Shown: one piece after another, positions 40,873-52,268 of the stretch | Layout: each line of letters starts with the position of its first letter | How positions within the stretch are numbered: position 1 is the stretch's first letter | NCBI GenBank assembly: GCA_963760795.1 | Contig: CAVXEP010000025.1 | Coordinates: 96,001-160,000 of the forward strand | Source: an uncultured delta proteobacterium | Lineage (GTDB): Bacteria > Desulfobacterota > Binatia > UBA9968 | Direction: 5' to 3' | DNA length: 64,000 nt | Translations under genes and position numbers: made by a program | Notes under the pieces: model-generated | What the model was told of the DNA's origin: nothing | Database searches by the model: none | What the model saw: only the letters and a program-made list of their open reading frames with translations

Positions 40873-42348
40873 CTACTTGCGGATAAAATGGCGCCGCTTG
40901 GACGACGGCAGGACGCCCATGGCTTCGCGGTACTTAGCTACGGTGCGGCGGGCGATTTCGATGGAATCGTCGGACAGCATCACGGCGATATGCTGGTCGC
41001 TGTAGGGCTTGCGAGGATCTTCGCCGGCAACGATCGCGCGAATTTTTTCCTTGACGCTCTCACTGGCAACATCGTCGCCGCCGCGGCTCATCAAGCCGCT
41101 CTGAAAGAAAAATTTGAGCTCGAACAAGCCCTGGGGCGTATGCACGTATTTGTTCGCCGTCGCCCGGCTCACCGTTGATTCGTGCATGGAAATATCGTCG
41201 GCGACCTGGCGCAACACCATGGGTTTCAAATGGCTCACCCCATGATCGAGAAACTCTTCCTGAAATTTGAAAATGCTCTGGGTGACCTTCATCAGCGTCG
41301 CCTGGCGCTGTTGAATGCTCTTAATCAGCCAGGTCGCCGCCCGAACTTTTTCCTGCAGGTACTGCCGGGCCTGCTCTTCCTCGGCTCCCTCCTGTCCGGC
41401 CATGCGGCGATACAGCGAGCTCACGCGCAGCCGCGGCACGCCGTCGTCGTTCAGATAAATCACCCATTCGCCGCTGATTTTCTCGACGAAAACATCGGGC
41501 AGCACGGTGCGCACATCGTCTTGCTCGAAACCGCGGGACGGTTTCGGTTCCAGCGAAGCGATTAAGTGCGCCGCGTCGGCGATCTCATCGACGGTGACGC
41601 CGAGATCCTTAGCGAGCTTTTCATAGCGCTTCGACTCGAGATAATTCAAGTAGCCGTCGGCAATGCGCGCCGCCAGGCTATCCTTGAGCTTTAGGTTTTC
41701 CAGCTGCACCAGAAGACACTCGCGCAGGTCCCGCGCGGCCACCCCCACCGGATCGAAAAACTGGATGCGCTTGAGCACCGCTTCCGCTTCCGCGGGGGTA
41801 CATTCCACGGCACTGCAAACTTCATCGAGGGTCAGAGCCAGATAACCGTTCTCACTTATATTCTGGATGATGTAGAAGCCGATGTTCGATTCCCGTTCGC
41901 TGATCTTCGACAAACGCAACTGCCAAATCAGATGATCTTCCAGGGAAGTCTTCTTAGTTAGGCTATTTTCCCACGACGGCGGCGAGTCGCCGTCGTCGGA
42001 CATCGCCTCGGCGGTGAGCGAGCTATGCACGCCGTTGGAATGGCTATCGATATACTCTTGCCAATCCAAGGTGCCGATCTTGTCCACCGTGTTGGGCTCG
42101 CGCGGCGCCACCAATTCGGCGAACTCTTCGGTCGGTTCGCTCTTGGTTTCGGCGCGCGGCGGCTCGGCGACTTCGGGTTCGTCCGTGGCGCCCTCTTCGA
42201 GAGCTGGGTTTTCTTGCAGCTCTTTTAGAACCATTTCTTCGAGCTCGACGCGGGACAACTGCAATAACTTGATCGCCTGCTGTAACTGCGGCGTCATCAC
42301 CAGCGTCTGAGCCAGCTTTTGAACTTGGTGTAAATTTAGACCTGCCAT
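40873..42348 (-). CDS. rpoN: RNA polymerase sigma-54 factor
   Basis: MTPQLQQAIKLLQLS, DPVGVAARDLRECL, MHESTVSRAT, RpoN box ARRTVAKYRE. Confidence 0.98.
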   Translation of the reverse strand: MAGLNLHQVQKLAQTLVMTPQLQQAIKLLQLSRVELEEMVLKELQENPALEEGATDEPEVAEPPRAETKSEPTEEFAELVAPREPNTVDKIGTLDWQEYIDSHSNGVHSSLTAEAMSDDGDSPPSWENSLTKKTSLEDHLIWQLRLSKISERESNIGFYIIQNISENGYLALTLDEVCSAVECTPAEAEAVLKRIQFFDPVGVAARDLRECLLVQLENLKLKDSLAARIADGYLNYLESKRYEKLAKDLGVTVDEIADAAHLIASLEPKPSRGFEQDDVRTVLPDVFVEKISGEWVIYLNDDGVPRLRVSSLYRRMAGQEGAEEEQARQYLQEKVRAATWLIKSIQQRQATLMKVTQSIFKFQEEFLDHGVSHLKPMVLRQVADDISMHESTVSRATANKYVHTPQGLFELKFFFQSGLMSRGGDDVASESVKEKIRAIVAGEDPRKPYSDQHIAVMLSDDSIEIARRTVAKYREAMGVLPSSKRRHFIRK

Positions 42349-42350
42349 GA

Positions 42351-43073
42351 TTAGAACTTAAAGCCTTCTCCCAAATAGAATTTTCGTGCTTTCGGGCTGG
42401 CGGCAATGAATTGCGGCGTGCCCTCCTCCAAAATCGTCCCTTGGTTGACGATGTAAGCCCGGTCGCAGATACCCAAGGTCTCTCTGACGTTATGATCGGT
42501 AATTAATATGCCGATTCCGCTGGTAACTAGGTTGCGGACGATTTTTTGGATCTCCGCCACGGCGATCGGATCGATGCCGGTAAAGGGTTCGTCGAGCAAG
42601 AGAAAAAATGGCGAGAGCACCAACGCTCTGGCAATCTCGACGCGCCGCCGTTCGCCACCGGATAAGGTAAACGCCTTGTGGGTCGCGAGATGACTCACGC
42701 CGAGCATCTTCATAAGCGCGCCGGCCCGTTCTTTTTGGTCGGCACCGTTCAAATCGAGAGTTTGCAGAATCGCCAGCAGATTCTGTTCGACCGTCAGACG
42801 GCGAAATACCGAAGATTCCTGCGGCAGATAGCTGATCCCGGCGCGGGCGCGCTGGTAGATCGGTGCTTCGGTAAGATCGTCGTCGTTTAGCAAAACCTTT
42901 CCTTCATCGGGCTGAATTAAACCAACCATCATATGAAACGTAGTTGTCTTACCGGCGCCGTTGGGGCCTAACAAGCCGACCACTTCGCCGCCTTGGACCG
43001 CCAAGCTGACTCCATCGACTACCCGCCGGCCACTGTACACTTTGGCAACCGACACTGCCTTGAGGACACTCAT
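42351..43073 (-). CDS. lptB: LPS export ABC ATPase LptB
   Basis: [50 protein letters not shown]. Confidence 0.96.
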   Translation of the reverse strand: MSVLKAVSVAKVYSGRRVVDGVSLAVQGGEVVGLLGPNGAGKTTTFHMMVGLIQPDEGKVLLNDDDLTEAPIYQRARAGISYLPQESSVFRRLTVEQNLLAILQTLDLNGADQKERAGALMKMLGVSHLATHKAFTLSGGERRRVEIARALVLSPFFLLLDEPFTGIDPIAVAEIQKIVRNLVTSGIGILITDHNVRETLGICDRAYIVNQGTILEEGTPQFIAASPKARKFYLGEGFKF

Positions 43074-43624
43074 TTCGACTTGGCATCCCCCTGCTCCCGG
43101 CTCTTCAACTCCTCAGGGAAAATGGTTGCAGAAACTCTGGTCTTGCCGTCACCTTCGACTAAGGCGCGATCCTGTTCGATGAAGTAGACCACCTTCGCTC
43201 CACTGACCTGATTATTGCCTTGGCGCATCACTGGATTACCGGTAAGAGTGACTGTCTTGGCTTTCTCGTCGAAAACCGCCCGATCGCCGGTGGCAACGCG
43301 CGCGCCCTGGGTTGCATTGACCTTGCCATCCAAGACAATCTGTTTCATCTGTTTCATCTCAGGGTCATAATAAGCAGTCAGCGTGTCACTGCGCATGGTC
43401 ATATCGGACTGCACGGCAACGACCCGGCCTTTGTAAACGATCGTGTTCTTCGCCTGATCGACTTCCATCCAGTCGGCGGTGATGTAGATCGGGTCCTTTT
43501 TATTGAACTCGAAGGCGTTGACGGTCTTTTTCTCCTCCGCTGCCGCAGCCTCGGCTCGCATGGCAGGAAAGGAAACCGCCAAGGAAACTCCCAATACGAT
43601 CGCCGAGAGGATTTTCTGCGTCAT
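43070..43624 (-). CDS. lptA: LPS transport periplasmic protein LptA
   Basis: Signal peptide; [21 protein letters not shown]...QGNNQVSG; lies between lptC and lptB. Confidence 0.9.
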   Translation of the reverse strand: MTQKILSAIVLGVSLAVSFPAMRAEAAAAEEKKTVNAFEFNKKDPIYITADWMEVDQAKNTIVYKGRVVAVQSDMTMRSDTLTAYYDPEMKQMKQIVLDGKVNATQGARVATGDRAVFDEKAKTVTLTGNPVMRQGNNQVSGAKVVYFIEQDRALVEGDGKTRVSATIFPEELKSREQGDAKSK

Positions 43625-43625
43625 G

Positions 43626-44252
43626 TCATCCCCCGACCCTTGGTCTGTTCGCGGCCTGGGATTTTTTGTTGGCGAGTTTTTCCGGCTCGATCTTGGTCTT
43701 GACATCACGCACCATGCGAATCTTCTTCCCCTCTAATTCCACTTCCATGCTCGCTCCCTCAATTGAAATGCCTTCGCCGATGACCTGGGTTCGGCTTGGT
43801 AACGAGATCTGCTCCTTGGCGGGTAGATAGTTGGCTGCGTCCGAAGTCAGGACATAACCCTTCATAGCGACCCGGACACCGCCCTTGAGTTCCAACCGTT
43901 CGAGCTCCTTCTCGTTCAGGAAAACATGAGCCACTTCAGCCGAAGTTTCCGCCGCCTCATCCTTCTTATCGTAATACAGGAACCGTGGACGCGTGATTAC
44001 AGCTTCCCGCTTGTCCTTCTGGTAACTCGCCTCGTCGCCGAAAAGCTCCCATACCTTGCGGCCGTTCTCGATCTTGGCGCGATGAAAATCCTTGATCTGC
44101 AACACGGTATCTGGCAAGGCATCGAGGACAGCGACAGGATTTTTTACGTCAACTTTCATCATCTTCTGCACGACCTCGGCGACCTTGAAAGCCACCCCGC
44201 CGAGAGAAAGAAGAATCACCGAAAGTAAGATAGCCCGTCTGGTTTTGCGCAT
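43626..44252 (-). CDS. lptC: LPS export protein LptC
   Basis: N-terminal TM anchor; GRKVWEL, beta-jellyroll-like pattern; synteny. Confidence 0.85.
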   Translation of the reverse strand: MRKTRRAILLSVILLSLGGVAFKVAEVVQKMMKVDVKNPVAVLDALPDTVLQIKDFHRAKIENGRKVWELFGDEASYQKDKREAVITRPRFLYYDKKDEAAETSAEVAHVFLNEKELERLELKGGVRVAMKGYVLTSDAANYLPAKEQISLPSRTQVIGEGISIEGASMEVELEGKKIRMVRDVKTKIEPEKLANKKSQAANRPRVGG

Positions 44253-44276
44253 AATCAGTTCAGCAAAGTAGATGCA

Positions 44277-44305
44277 AAAATACCACTCTTACGAATTCCT
44301 GTAAA
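44277..44305 (-). promoter_or_regulatory. Putative sigma70 promoter of lptC-lptA-lptB-rpoN
   Basis: Minus strand TTTACA-17 nt-TATTTT with extended -10 TG. Confidence 0.55.
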
Positions 44306-44309
44306 GGAA

Positions 44310-44326
44310 TAGGCACGATATTTGCT
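44310..44326 (+). promoter_or_regulatory. Sigma54 (-24/-12) binding site, inverted relative to the rpoN operon
   Basis: TAGGCACGATATTTGCT = GG-N10-GC, close to consensus TGGCACG-N4-TTGC. Confidence 0.7.
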
Positions 44327-44365
44327 TTGCAAAGAGGTAAACTGCTGGAGTAATTAAGGATTTGC

Positions 44366-44893
44366 TTAAAGAGGCAGTAAGTCCGACCATTTATTCTGGG
44401 CTTTAAGGATCAACTCGGCGACGTCGCGTACGGCACCCATGCCGCCCCTAGCCACGGTAACGTAGTCAGCAAGCGGCTTGAGTTCTGCCGAACCATCGCC
44501 AACCACTACCGCCAACCCCACCCGCCGCAGCACCGGTAAATCGATGATGTCGTCGCCAACATAGGCAATTTGTGCGTCGGTCAGGCGGCGCTTCTTTTTG
44601 ATCCGTTCATAGACCCGCAGCTTGTCCTGCACACCTTGGAATAACAGCGTGACCCGCAGATCGTTAGCGCGGTGGCGGACGACGCGAGACGATCGTCCGG
44701 TGATAAAACCTACCTCGATACCGCTACGTTTCAACAATGAGATTCCCAGACCGTCGCGGACGTGAAAATGTTTGGTCTCGACACCGCGGTCGTCGATGAT
44801 GATGCGCCCGTCGGTGAGCACACCATCGACGTCCAACAGCAGCAGGCGAATGTTCGCCGCCTTTCGGCGCAGCGAGGCTGGTTTGGTTTTCAC
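44366..44893 (-). CDS. kdsC: KDO 8-phosphate phosphatase
   Basis: LLLDVDGVLTDG, FHVRDGLG, ITGR, YVGDDIIDLP, GG.GAVR. Confidence 0.95.
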   Translation of the reverse strand: MKTKPASLRRKAANIRLLLLDVDGVLTDGRIIIDDRGVETKHFHVRDGLGISLLKRSGIEVGFITGRSSRVVRHRANDLRVTLLFQGVQDKLRVYERIKKKRRLTDAQIAYVGDDIIDLPVLRRVGLAVVVGDGSAELKPLADYVTVARGGMGAVRDVAELILKAQNKWSDLLPL

Positions 44894-44902
44894 TGCGAGA
44901 CG

Positions 44903-45874
44903 CTAAAGGCCGGCTTTGACCAAATCGTGCAAGTGAACGATGCCGACCGGATTCTTGGTCTCATGTTCAAGCACGAATAAAGAAGTTATCGAAAATTTTT
45001 CCATGACCGCGACCGCCTCGCTCGCCAAAGTGTCGGCGGGAATAGTTTTGGGATTATGCGTCATTAAATCTCTCGCCGGCAGGGAGAGAATCTGCCCCTT
45101 GTTCTCCAACCCTCGCCGTAAATCACCGTCGGTCAGAATACCGACGAGCTGATGGTTTTCGTTGGTTACTCCGGTGACGCCGAGGCGCTTCGCGGTGATC
45201 TCGAACAGCGCTTCCTTTACACTGGTGGTCTCACGAACCAAAGGCAATCGCGCGCCGCGGAACATCAAATCTTCAACCCGCAAGAGCAGCTTGCGGCCGA
45301 GGATACCGCCGGGATGGCGCATGGCGAAGTCCGCTTGATTGAAGCCTTTCTGCTCGAGTAAAACCACCGCGAGGGCGTCGCCCATGGCCATGGCGACCGT
45401 GGTGCTGGTGGTCGGCGCCAGGCCGAGGGGACCGGCCTCCTCCTTGACGCTAACGTTAAGCACCAGTTCACCCGCTTGCGCGAGAGTCGACTCCGGATTG
45501 CCGGTGATCACGATCAGCTTAAGGCCATGATGTTTGAAATGGGGCAGTAGCTTGAGAATTTCATCGGTCTCGCCGCTATTGGAAACCGCAACCACGATAT
45601 CGTCCGGCATCACCATACCGAGATCGCCGTGCACAGCGTCGCCGGAATGGAGATAAAATGCCGGCGTGCCGGTGCTCGACAAGGTCGCGGCGATTTTGGC
45701 GCAGATCAGGCCCGATTTGCCGACGCCGGTCACCACCACCTTACCCTTGCAGCCTTGCATCAGCTCGACCGCGCGGACGAAATTTTCATCCAGGTGGTCG
45801 ATGACGGACAACAGCCCTTGGGCCTCCATCCGCAAAACCTCGGCGGCACGACTGAGAACGGTTTGCTTGTTCAC
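44903..45874 (-). CDS. kdsD: Arabinose-5-phosphate isomerase (KpsF/GutQ, SIS + CBS)
   Basis: VTGVGKSG, STGTPA, HGDLGM, SNSGET, LAPTTST, HPGG.LG, TDGDLRR. Confidence 0.95.
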   Translation of the reverse strand: MNKQTVLSRAAEVLRMEAQGLLSVIDHLDENFVRAVELMQGCKGKVVVTGVGKSGLICAKIAATLSSTGTPAFYLHSGDAVHGDLGMVMPDDIVVAVSNSGETDEILKLLPHFKHHGLKLIVITGNPESTLAQAGELVLNVSVKEEAGPLGLAPTTSTTVAMAMGDALAVVLLEQKGFNQADFAMRHPGGILGRKLLLRVEDLMFRGARLPLVRETTSVKEALFEITAKRLGVTGVTNENHQLVGILTDGDLRRGLENKGQILSLPARDLMTHNPKTIPADTLASEAVAVMEKFSITSLFVLEHETKNPVGIVHLHDLVKAGL

Positions 45875-45878
45875 GGTA

Positions 45879-46706
45879 TCAAAGCCCTTTGACCAGAGCG
45901 TCGATCTCCTTGACCTTGCGGAGCAGGGCTTCAAAGTTTTCCAGCGCCAAAGAATTGGGCCCATCGCTCAACGCTTGGTCAGGGTTCTCATGCACTTCCA
46001 TGAATAGAGCATCGATGCCGGTGGCGACTCCGGCGCGCGCCAGGGCCGGAATATACTTGCGCTCACCGCCGGAAGCATTGCCCAAACCGCCCGGCAGCTG
46101 CAAACTATGAGTCGCGTCAAAGACCACGGGATAGCCCATTTCGCGCATTACCACGAGGGAGCGCATATCGGATACTAAATTATTATAGCCAAATGACGCG
46201 CCGCGCTCGGTGACGAGGATCTGCTGATTACCGGTGGAGAGAATCTTGTCGATGACGTTGCGCATGTCCCAGGGCGCGAGGAATTGCCCCTTCTTGACGT
46301 TGACGACTCTGCCGGACTGGGCCACCGCGGCAACGAAATCGGTCTGGCGGCACAGGAACGCCGGGATTTGCAGAATGTCGGCAACCTCTTTGACCGCCGC
46401 CACTTGAGCGCTTTCATGCACATCGGTGAGCACCGGCACGCCAATCTTTGCTTTGACTTCGGCAAGAATCGCCAAGCCCTGATCGAGACCGAGCCCGCGA
46501 AACGAATCGGCCGAGCTGCGATTAGCCTTGTCGTAGGACGCCTTGAAAATATACGGCACGCCGACGCGGTCGGCGCGTTCTTTGAGCGCCGCAGCGTGGC
46601 GCAGTGCCGATTCCTTGCTTTCGATAACGCAAGGCCCAGCAATCACCGCCAGCGGTCCGTCAGCGCCGATCGCTACGTTACCGATCTTAATCAATCTCGT
46701 GGGCAT
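45879..46706 (-). CDS. kdsA: KDO 8-phosphate synthase
   Basis: IAGPCVIES, KASYDKANRSS, QIPAFLCRQTD, NVKKGQF, FDATHS, SDGPN. Confidence 0.97.
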   Translation of the reverse strand: MPTRLIKIGNVAIGADGPLAVIAGPCVIESKESALRHAAALKERADRVGVPYIFKASYDKANRSSADSFRGLGLDQGLAILAEVKAKIGVPVLTDVHESAQVAAVKEVADILQIPAFLCRQTDFVAAVAQSGRVVNVKKGQFLAPWDMRNVIDKILSTGNQQILVTERGASFGYNNLVSDMRSLVVMREMGYPVVFDATHSLQLPGGLGNASGGERKYIPALARAGVATGIDALFMEVHENPDQALSDGPNSLALENFEALLRKVKEIDALVKGL

Positions 46707-46726
46707 CAGGTCTTAACGGTCCCCAA

Positions 46727-48382
<1,656 letters not shown>

Positions 48383-49157
48383 TCAGTTCGAACGTCGCTT
48401 CAAATAACTCTCCGCCCGCAGGAGATCGGCTGGTGTATCCACCTCCACCGACCGCTCGTCGACCTGCGCGACGTAAATACTATAGCCGTTTTCCAAGGCG
48501 CGTAACTGTTCCAAACTTTCAATTTGCTCCAACGCGGTCGGCCGCAGCCGGGCGAATTTCAATAGGAAATCCCGCCGATAAACATATAGGCCGAGATGAC
48601 GATAGCCCCAAAGTCGGCGCTGATTCCGCCCAGCAATCTTTTTGCCGTTGGGATCAATGCCGTCATTGCGCCGGAAAGGTATTGGCGCCCGGGTAAAAAA
48701 CAACGCCAACCTGGCCCTGTCTGTGAGCACTTTCACGATATTCGGATTGCGCCATTCGGACTCATGGTAAATCGCCGTGCATACCGTGCCCATCGGGATA
48801 TCGCGATTGCGCCGCAACGGCTGCACCGCCTGACCAATCGTTTTGGCGCTAATAAACGGCAAATCGCCCTGGACGTTCACCAGCAGTTCGGCCTTGATCT
48901 TGCGCGCCACCTCGGCCAAACGGTCGGTGCCGCTGTTATGACCGGCTGAGGTCATCACAACTTCGCCGCCGAATCCTTTCACCACCGCTTCAATGCGCCG
49001 ATCGTCGGTGGCGACGATCACCCGGTCCAGCACTTTAGCCTTTGCCGCGTTCTCGTAGACATGTTGAATCATCGGCCGGCCGCCGATTTGAGCTAAGGGC
49101 TTAGCCCGGCAGCCGGGTCGATCCAAAGCGCGCCGGGATAATCGCCACAACGCTCAT
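48383..49157 (-). CDS. kdsB: 3-deoxy-manno-octulosonate cytidylyltransferase; frameshifted near the 5' end as sequenced
   Basis: ATG 49157 MSVVAIIPARFGSTRLPG, extra base near 49103, then KPLAQIGGRPMIQHV, VATDD, SGTDR, NVQGD, LEQLRALENG. Confidence 0.93.
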
Positions 49158-49222
49158 GGACTCACGATTTCGCGGATGCAGTGATCAATCGATTGAATGG
49201 TTAGTGCTGGCATGGCGTCGCC

Positions 49223-49266
49223 AAAAACAAAAAACCGCAATGGCTTTCCCGGAAAGCGCATTACGG
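49223..49266 (-). terminator. Intrinsic terminator/attenuator in the kdsB-pyrG leader
   Basis: Minus strand CCGTAATG-C-GCTTTC-CGG-GAAAGC-CATTGCGG then TTTTTTGTTTTT; no minus-strand gene ends upstream of it. Confidence 0.75.
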
Positions 49267-49272
49267 AATTCG

Positions 49273-49301
49273 ATAATACGCTGGCAGGTAAAAGCTGTCA
49301 A
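49273..49301 (-). promoter_or_regulatory. Near-consensus sigma70 promoter of the kdsB-pyrG-kdsA operon
   Basis: TTGACA(49301-49296)-17 nt-TATTAT(49278-49273). Confidence 0.8.
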
Positions 49302-49434
49302 CGCGAATCGCGCAATCAAGCGCACGCTGACGAAGAAATTTAACCGCGCGAAAGAGTCGATCCATCGGCGCTTGACTGATCGAGGCACAGTCGTGATAGG
49401 AATGAGGTAAGATCTGCAGAATAGGAAATTGCTC

Positions 49435-50361
49435 ATGGCAGAACTAATCAAAATCAAAGCGGGCTTCGCCACCGTCGGCCAAGGCGCAGGGCCGATGATG
49501 GTCACCTGGAAAGCCGGATTGTTTCGCAAGCATGGCCTCGATGTCGACCGGCCGCCGGTGATGGGCGGCGCCAAGGGTGTGGTACGCGGCTTGATGTCGG
49601 GAGATATCCAGTTTGGCAACCTGGCGGCGCCGGCGCCGCTGCGAGCCAATCTCAAGGGCGAAGCCGATGTGGTTTTCCTCACCGGCGGCATCAATCAGCA
49701 ATTTCTAGTCGGACGCCCAGGCATCAATAGCCGAGAAGAACTGTCCGGCAAGAAAATCGGCACGGTCAATGACGGCGGCATCGGCGATGCGCTGGTGAAG
49801 TTCGTCGTCGCCAAACTCGACGCCGCCGGCGTCAAAGGCCTGCAAGAAGTGACCATCGGCCATGGCGCCGAGGCAGAAATGGCGGCTTTGCTCAGCGGCA
49901 CGGTCGATGTCGTCGTCGGCACACCGCCGGAATGCATCGACGCCATCCGCCATGGCTGCAAGTATTTGATCGACTTTGCCGAATACGGGCTTAACTATGC
50001 CCTGGGCGGCATCGCCGGACGGCGCGATTATATCGAGAAAAATCCCGAGATCACCGGTCAGTTCGTCAAAGCCTATGTCGAAGGCATGCATCGTTACCGC
50101 ACCGACCGGGAATTCACCGTCGATGTCCAGGCCGACTACAGCGGCATCGCCGACCGGACGATTGCTGAAGAAACCTACGACCTCACCCAACCCGGCATGC
50201 CGCGCGCTCCCTACCCGGTGGTCGCCTCACTGCAAACCCTGCTCGATTTCATGGCCAAGGAGTTACCCGAAGCCCGCGGCGCCGACGCCAGGAAATTCGT
50301 CGACGACCGCTTTATCCGGGAACTGGAAGACAACGGCTTCATCGCTTCTTTAGGGAGGTAA
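49435..50361 (+). CDS. ABC transporter substrate-binding protein (SsuA/NMT1/THI5-like)
   Basis: GLFRKHGLDV, LMSGDIQF, LSGKKIG, ALLSGTVD, FVKAYVEG, KFVDDRFIRELE; no obvious signal peptide. Confidence 0.82.
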   Translation: MAELIKIKAGFATVGQGAGPMMVTWKAGLFRKHGLDVDRPPVMGGAKGVVRGLMSGDIQFGNLAAPAPLRANLKGEADVVFLTGGINQQFLVGRPGINSREELSGKKIGTVNDGGIGDALVKFVVAKLDAAGVKGLQEVTIGHGAEAEMAALLSGTVDVVVGTPPECIDAIRHGCKYLIDFAEYGLNYALGGIAGRRDYIEKNPEITGQFVKAYVEGMHRYRTDREFTVDVQADYSGIADRTIAEETYDLTQPGMPRAPYPVVASLQTLLDFMAKELPEARGADARKFVDDRFIRELEDNGFIASLGR

Positions 50362-50367
50362 TTCCAG

Positions 50368-51372
50368 ATGGCCAAGCTCGGCTCAAGCTTCGTTATTTTG
50401 TTGTGGCTGGCGCTCTCCGCAGCAAACGTCAGCGCCGCAACCAACGATAGCTTGATCGACGCCGCCAAGCGCGAGGGCGAGCTGGTCTACTACGCGTCGA
50501 TGAACCTCGCCGAAGCCAACGCGATCATCGGTGAATTCGAGAAGCGTTATCCATTCATTAAAGTAAGACTGCACCGCACCGGCAGCGAAAAGCTACTGAC
50601 CCGAGTCTTGACCGAGTACCGCGCCAAAAAAATCTTCGCCGACATCATTCAGACCGTCGAGTTCAGCATGCATATTTTCAATCGCAGCGGCGTCCTGGCG
50701 CGCTACCTGCCGCAATCGAACGCTTTGTACTCGAAAGACTTCAAGGAAGAAGGTTTTTGGACGACCGTCTATTACAACGCCTACGTGACCGCCTACAACA
50801 CCCGCCTGGTGCCGGCGCGCCAGTTGGCGAAATCCTATGACGACCTGCTCGATAGTAAATGGAAGGGCAAGCTCTTGATGGAGGGCACCAAGGCCGATTG
50901 GTTCGCCGGCATGTTGCAAATTCTTGGACCGGAGCGCGGGCTCAAATACATGCGCGAACTCGCCAAACAACAGCCGAGCCCGCGCGAAGGCCATGAGCTC
51001 TTGGCGCAGTTGGTCGTCGCCGGCGAAGGCGTCTACGATATCAATATTCCCGTGTCATCGGTGGAGCGCATGAAGGAACGCGGCGCGCCCATCGACTGGA
51101 CTGCGCTGGGCCCGGTGCCGGCGATCATGGTCGGCGCCGGCATTGCGACTGGCGCGCCCCATCCCAACGCGGCCAAGTTATTTTTAGAATTCGTCCTGTC
51201 GCGCGAGGGGCAGAAGCTCATGGGGACCCCCGGCCGCCATATCGCCCGCGGCGACCTCGCCAACGAGCAGGCAGCGATGCTTAAAGATTTGAAAATCGTC
51301 CCGGTCAATCCGGCGCTGGCGGAAAAACTCGACGAGTACGCCAAGCAGATGCGCGGGATTTTTGGCGGGTAG
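50368..51372 (+). CDS. ABC transporter extracellular solute-binding protein (AfuA-like)
   Basis: Signal peptide; AAKREGELVYY, FEKRYP, DLLDSKWKGK, APHPNAAKLFLEFVLSREGQ. Confidence 0.88.
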   Translation: MAKLGSSFVILLWLALSAANVSAATNDSLIDAAKREGELVYYASMNLAEANAIIGEFEKRYPFIKVRLHRTGSEKLLTRVLTEYRAKKIFADIIQTVEFSMHIFNRSGVLARYLPQSNALYSKDFKEEGFWTTVYYNAYVTAYNTRLVPARQLAKSYDDLLDSKWKGKLLMEGTKADWFAGMLQILGPERGLKYMRELAKQQPSPREGHELLAQLVVAGEGVYDINIPVSSVERMKERGAPIDWTALGPVPAIMVGAGIATGAPHPNAAKLFLEFVLSREGQKLMGTPGRHIARGDLANEQAAMLKDLKIVPVNPALAEKLDEYAKQMRGIFGG

Positions 51373-51414
51373 CTGAATCATCAAGCCAATTCTAAACCGG
51401 CGAAGGAGAAAATC

Positions 51415-52187
51415 ATGCGTTTCATGTTTTTAAACCACTCGGCGCAGCATCACTCCGCCGAGCTCGAAGTCCATATCGCCAAGCTGCTCAAAAGCTACGC
51501 CTCGCCCGACACCACTTTTGAGCTCGCCTACCCGAAGATCTCGGCAGCGGCGCCGTGTTGAGACTGCTCGAAGAGCGCAAAGCGCTCTCCGGCCTGCATC
51601 ATATTTTGGAAACCCCGGCGCTGGTGAAGAAAGCCATCGAAGCCGAGCGCCAAGGTTTCGACGCGGTGATCCAGAGCAATACCTTCGACCCCGGCGTCGA
51701 GGCGAGCCGGCTGGCGGTGCGCATCCCGGTGATCGGCCTGTTGCGCGCGTCGCTGCACTTCGCCGCCAGCATTTGCGACCGCTTCGGTCTCATCGTGCCG
51801 CTGGAAACCCATATGCCGCACACCATGCGCATGGTGCAGACCTATGGCATGACGCCGTTCGTCAGCGGTATCCGCACCGTCGGCCTCTACGACACCGGCG
51901 ATCTATCCGGTTATCACGATGTCGTCATCGAACGCACTTTGGCGGTCGGCAAAGAACTGGTAGCCCAAGGCGCCCAGGCGATTATTCCTTTGGGCGGCAA
52001 GATCTATCCCTACGTGGTCACGCCGGAAGAATTGGAACCCCATCTCGGCGTGCCGGTGATCAACACCAAAGCGGTGGGCGTGAGCTACGCCGAACTCATG
52101 GCGCGCAACAATATTAAGCACAGCATCAAAGCCTATCCCTGCCCGACGGGCCTCGACCCCGATGCGGTATCCGCGCGTTCGAAGTAG
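51415..52187 (+). CDS. Asp/Glu/hydantoin racemase family protein; frameshifted as sequenced
   Basis: ATG 51415 after GGAGA: MRFMFLN...YASPDTTFELAYP, one C missing at 51531-51533, then EDLGSGAVLRLL...AERQGFDAVIQSNTFDPGVEASRLAVRIPVIG...GAQAIIPLGG...GVPVIN. Confidence 0.8.
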
Positions 52188-52268
52188 CCACGTCGTCGCC
52201 GAGTTGCAATGGCTTAGAGCAATCATTATGAGATTAAGTTGAAATTCACTAGAGGAGATCCGTAGGCA

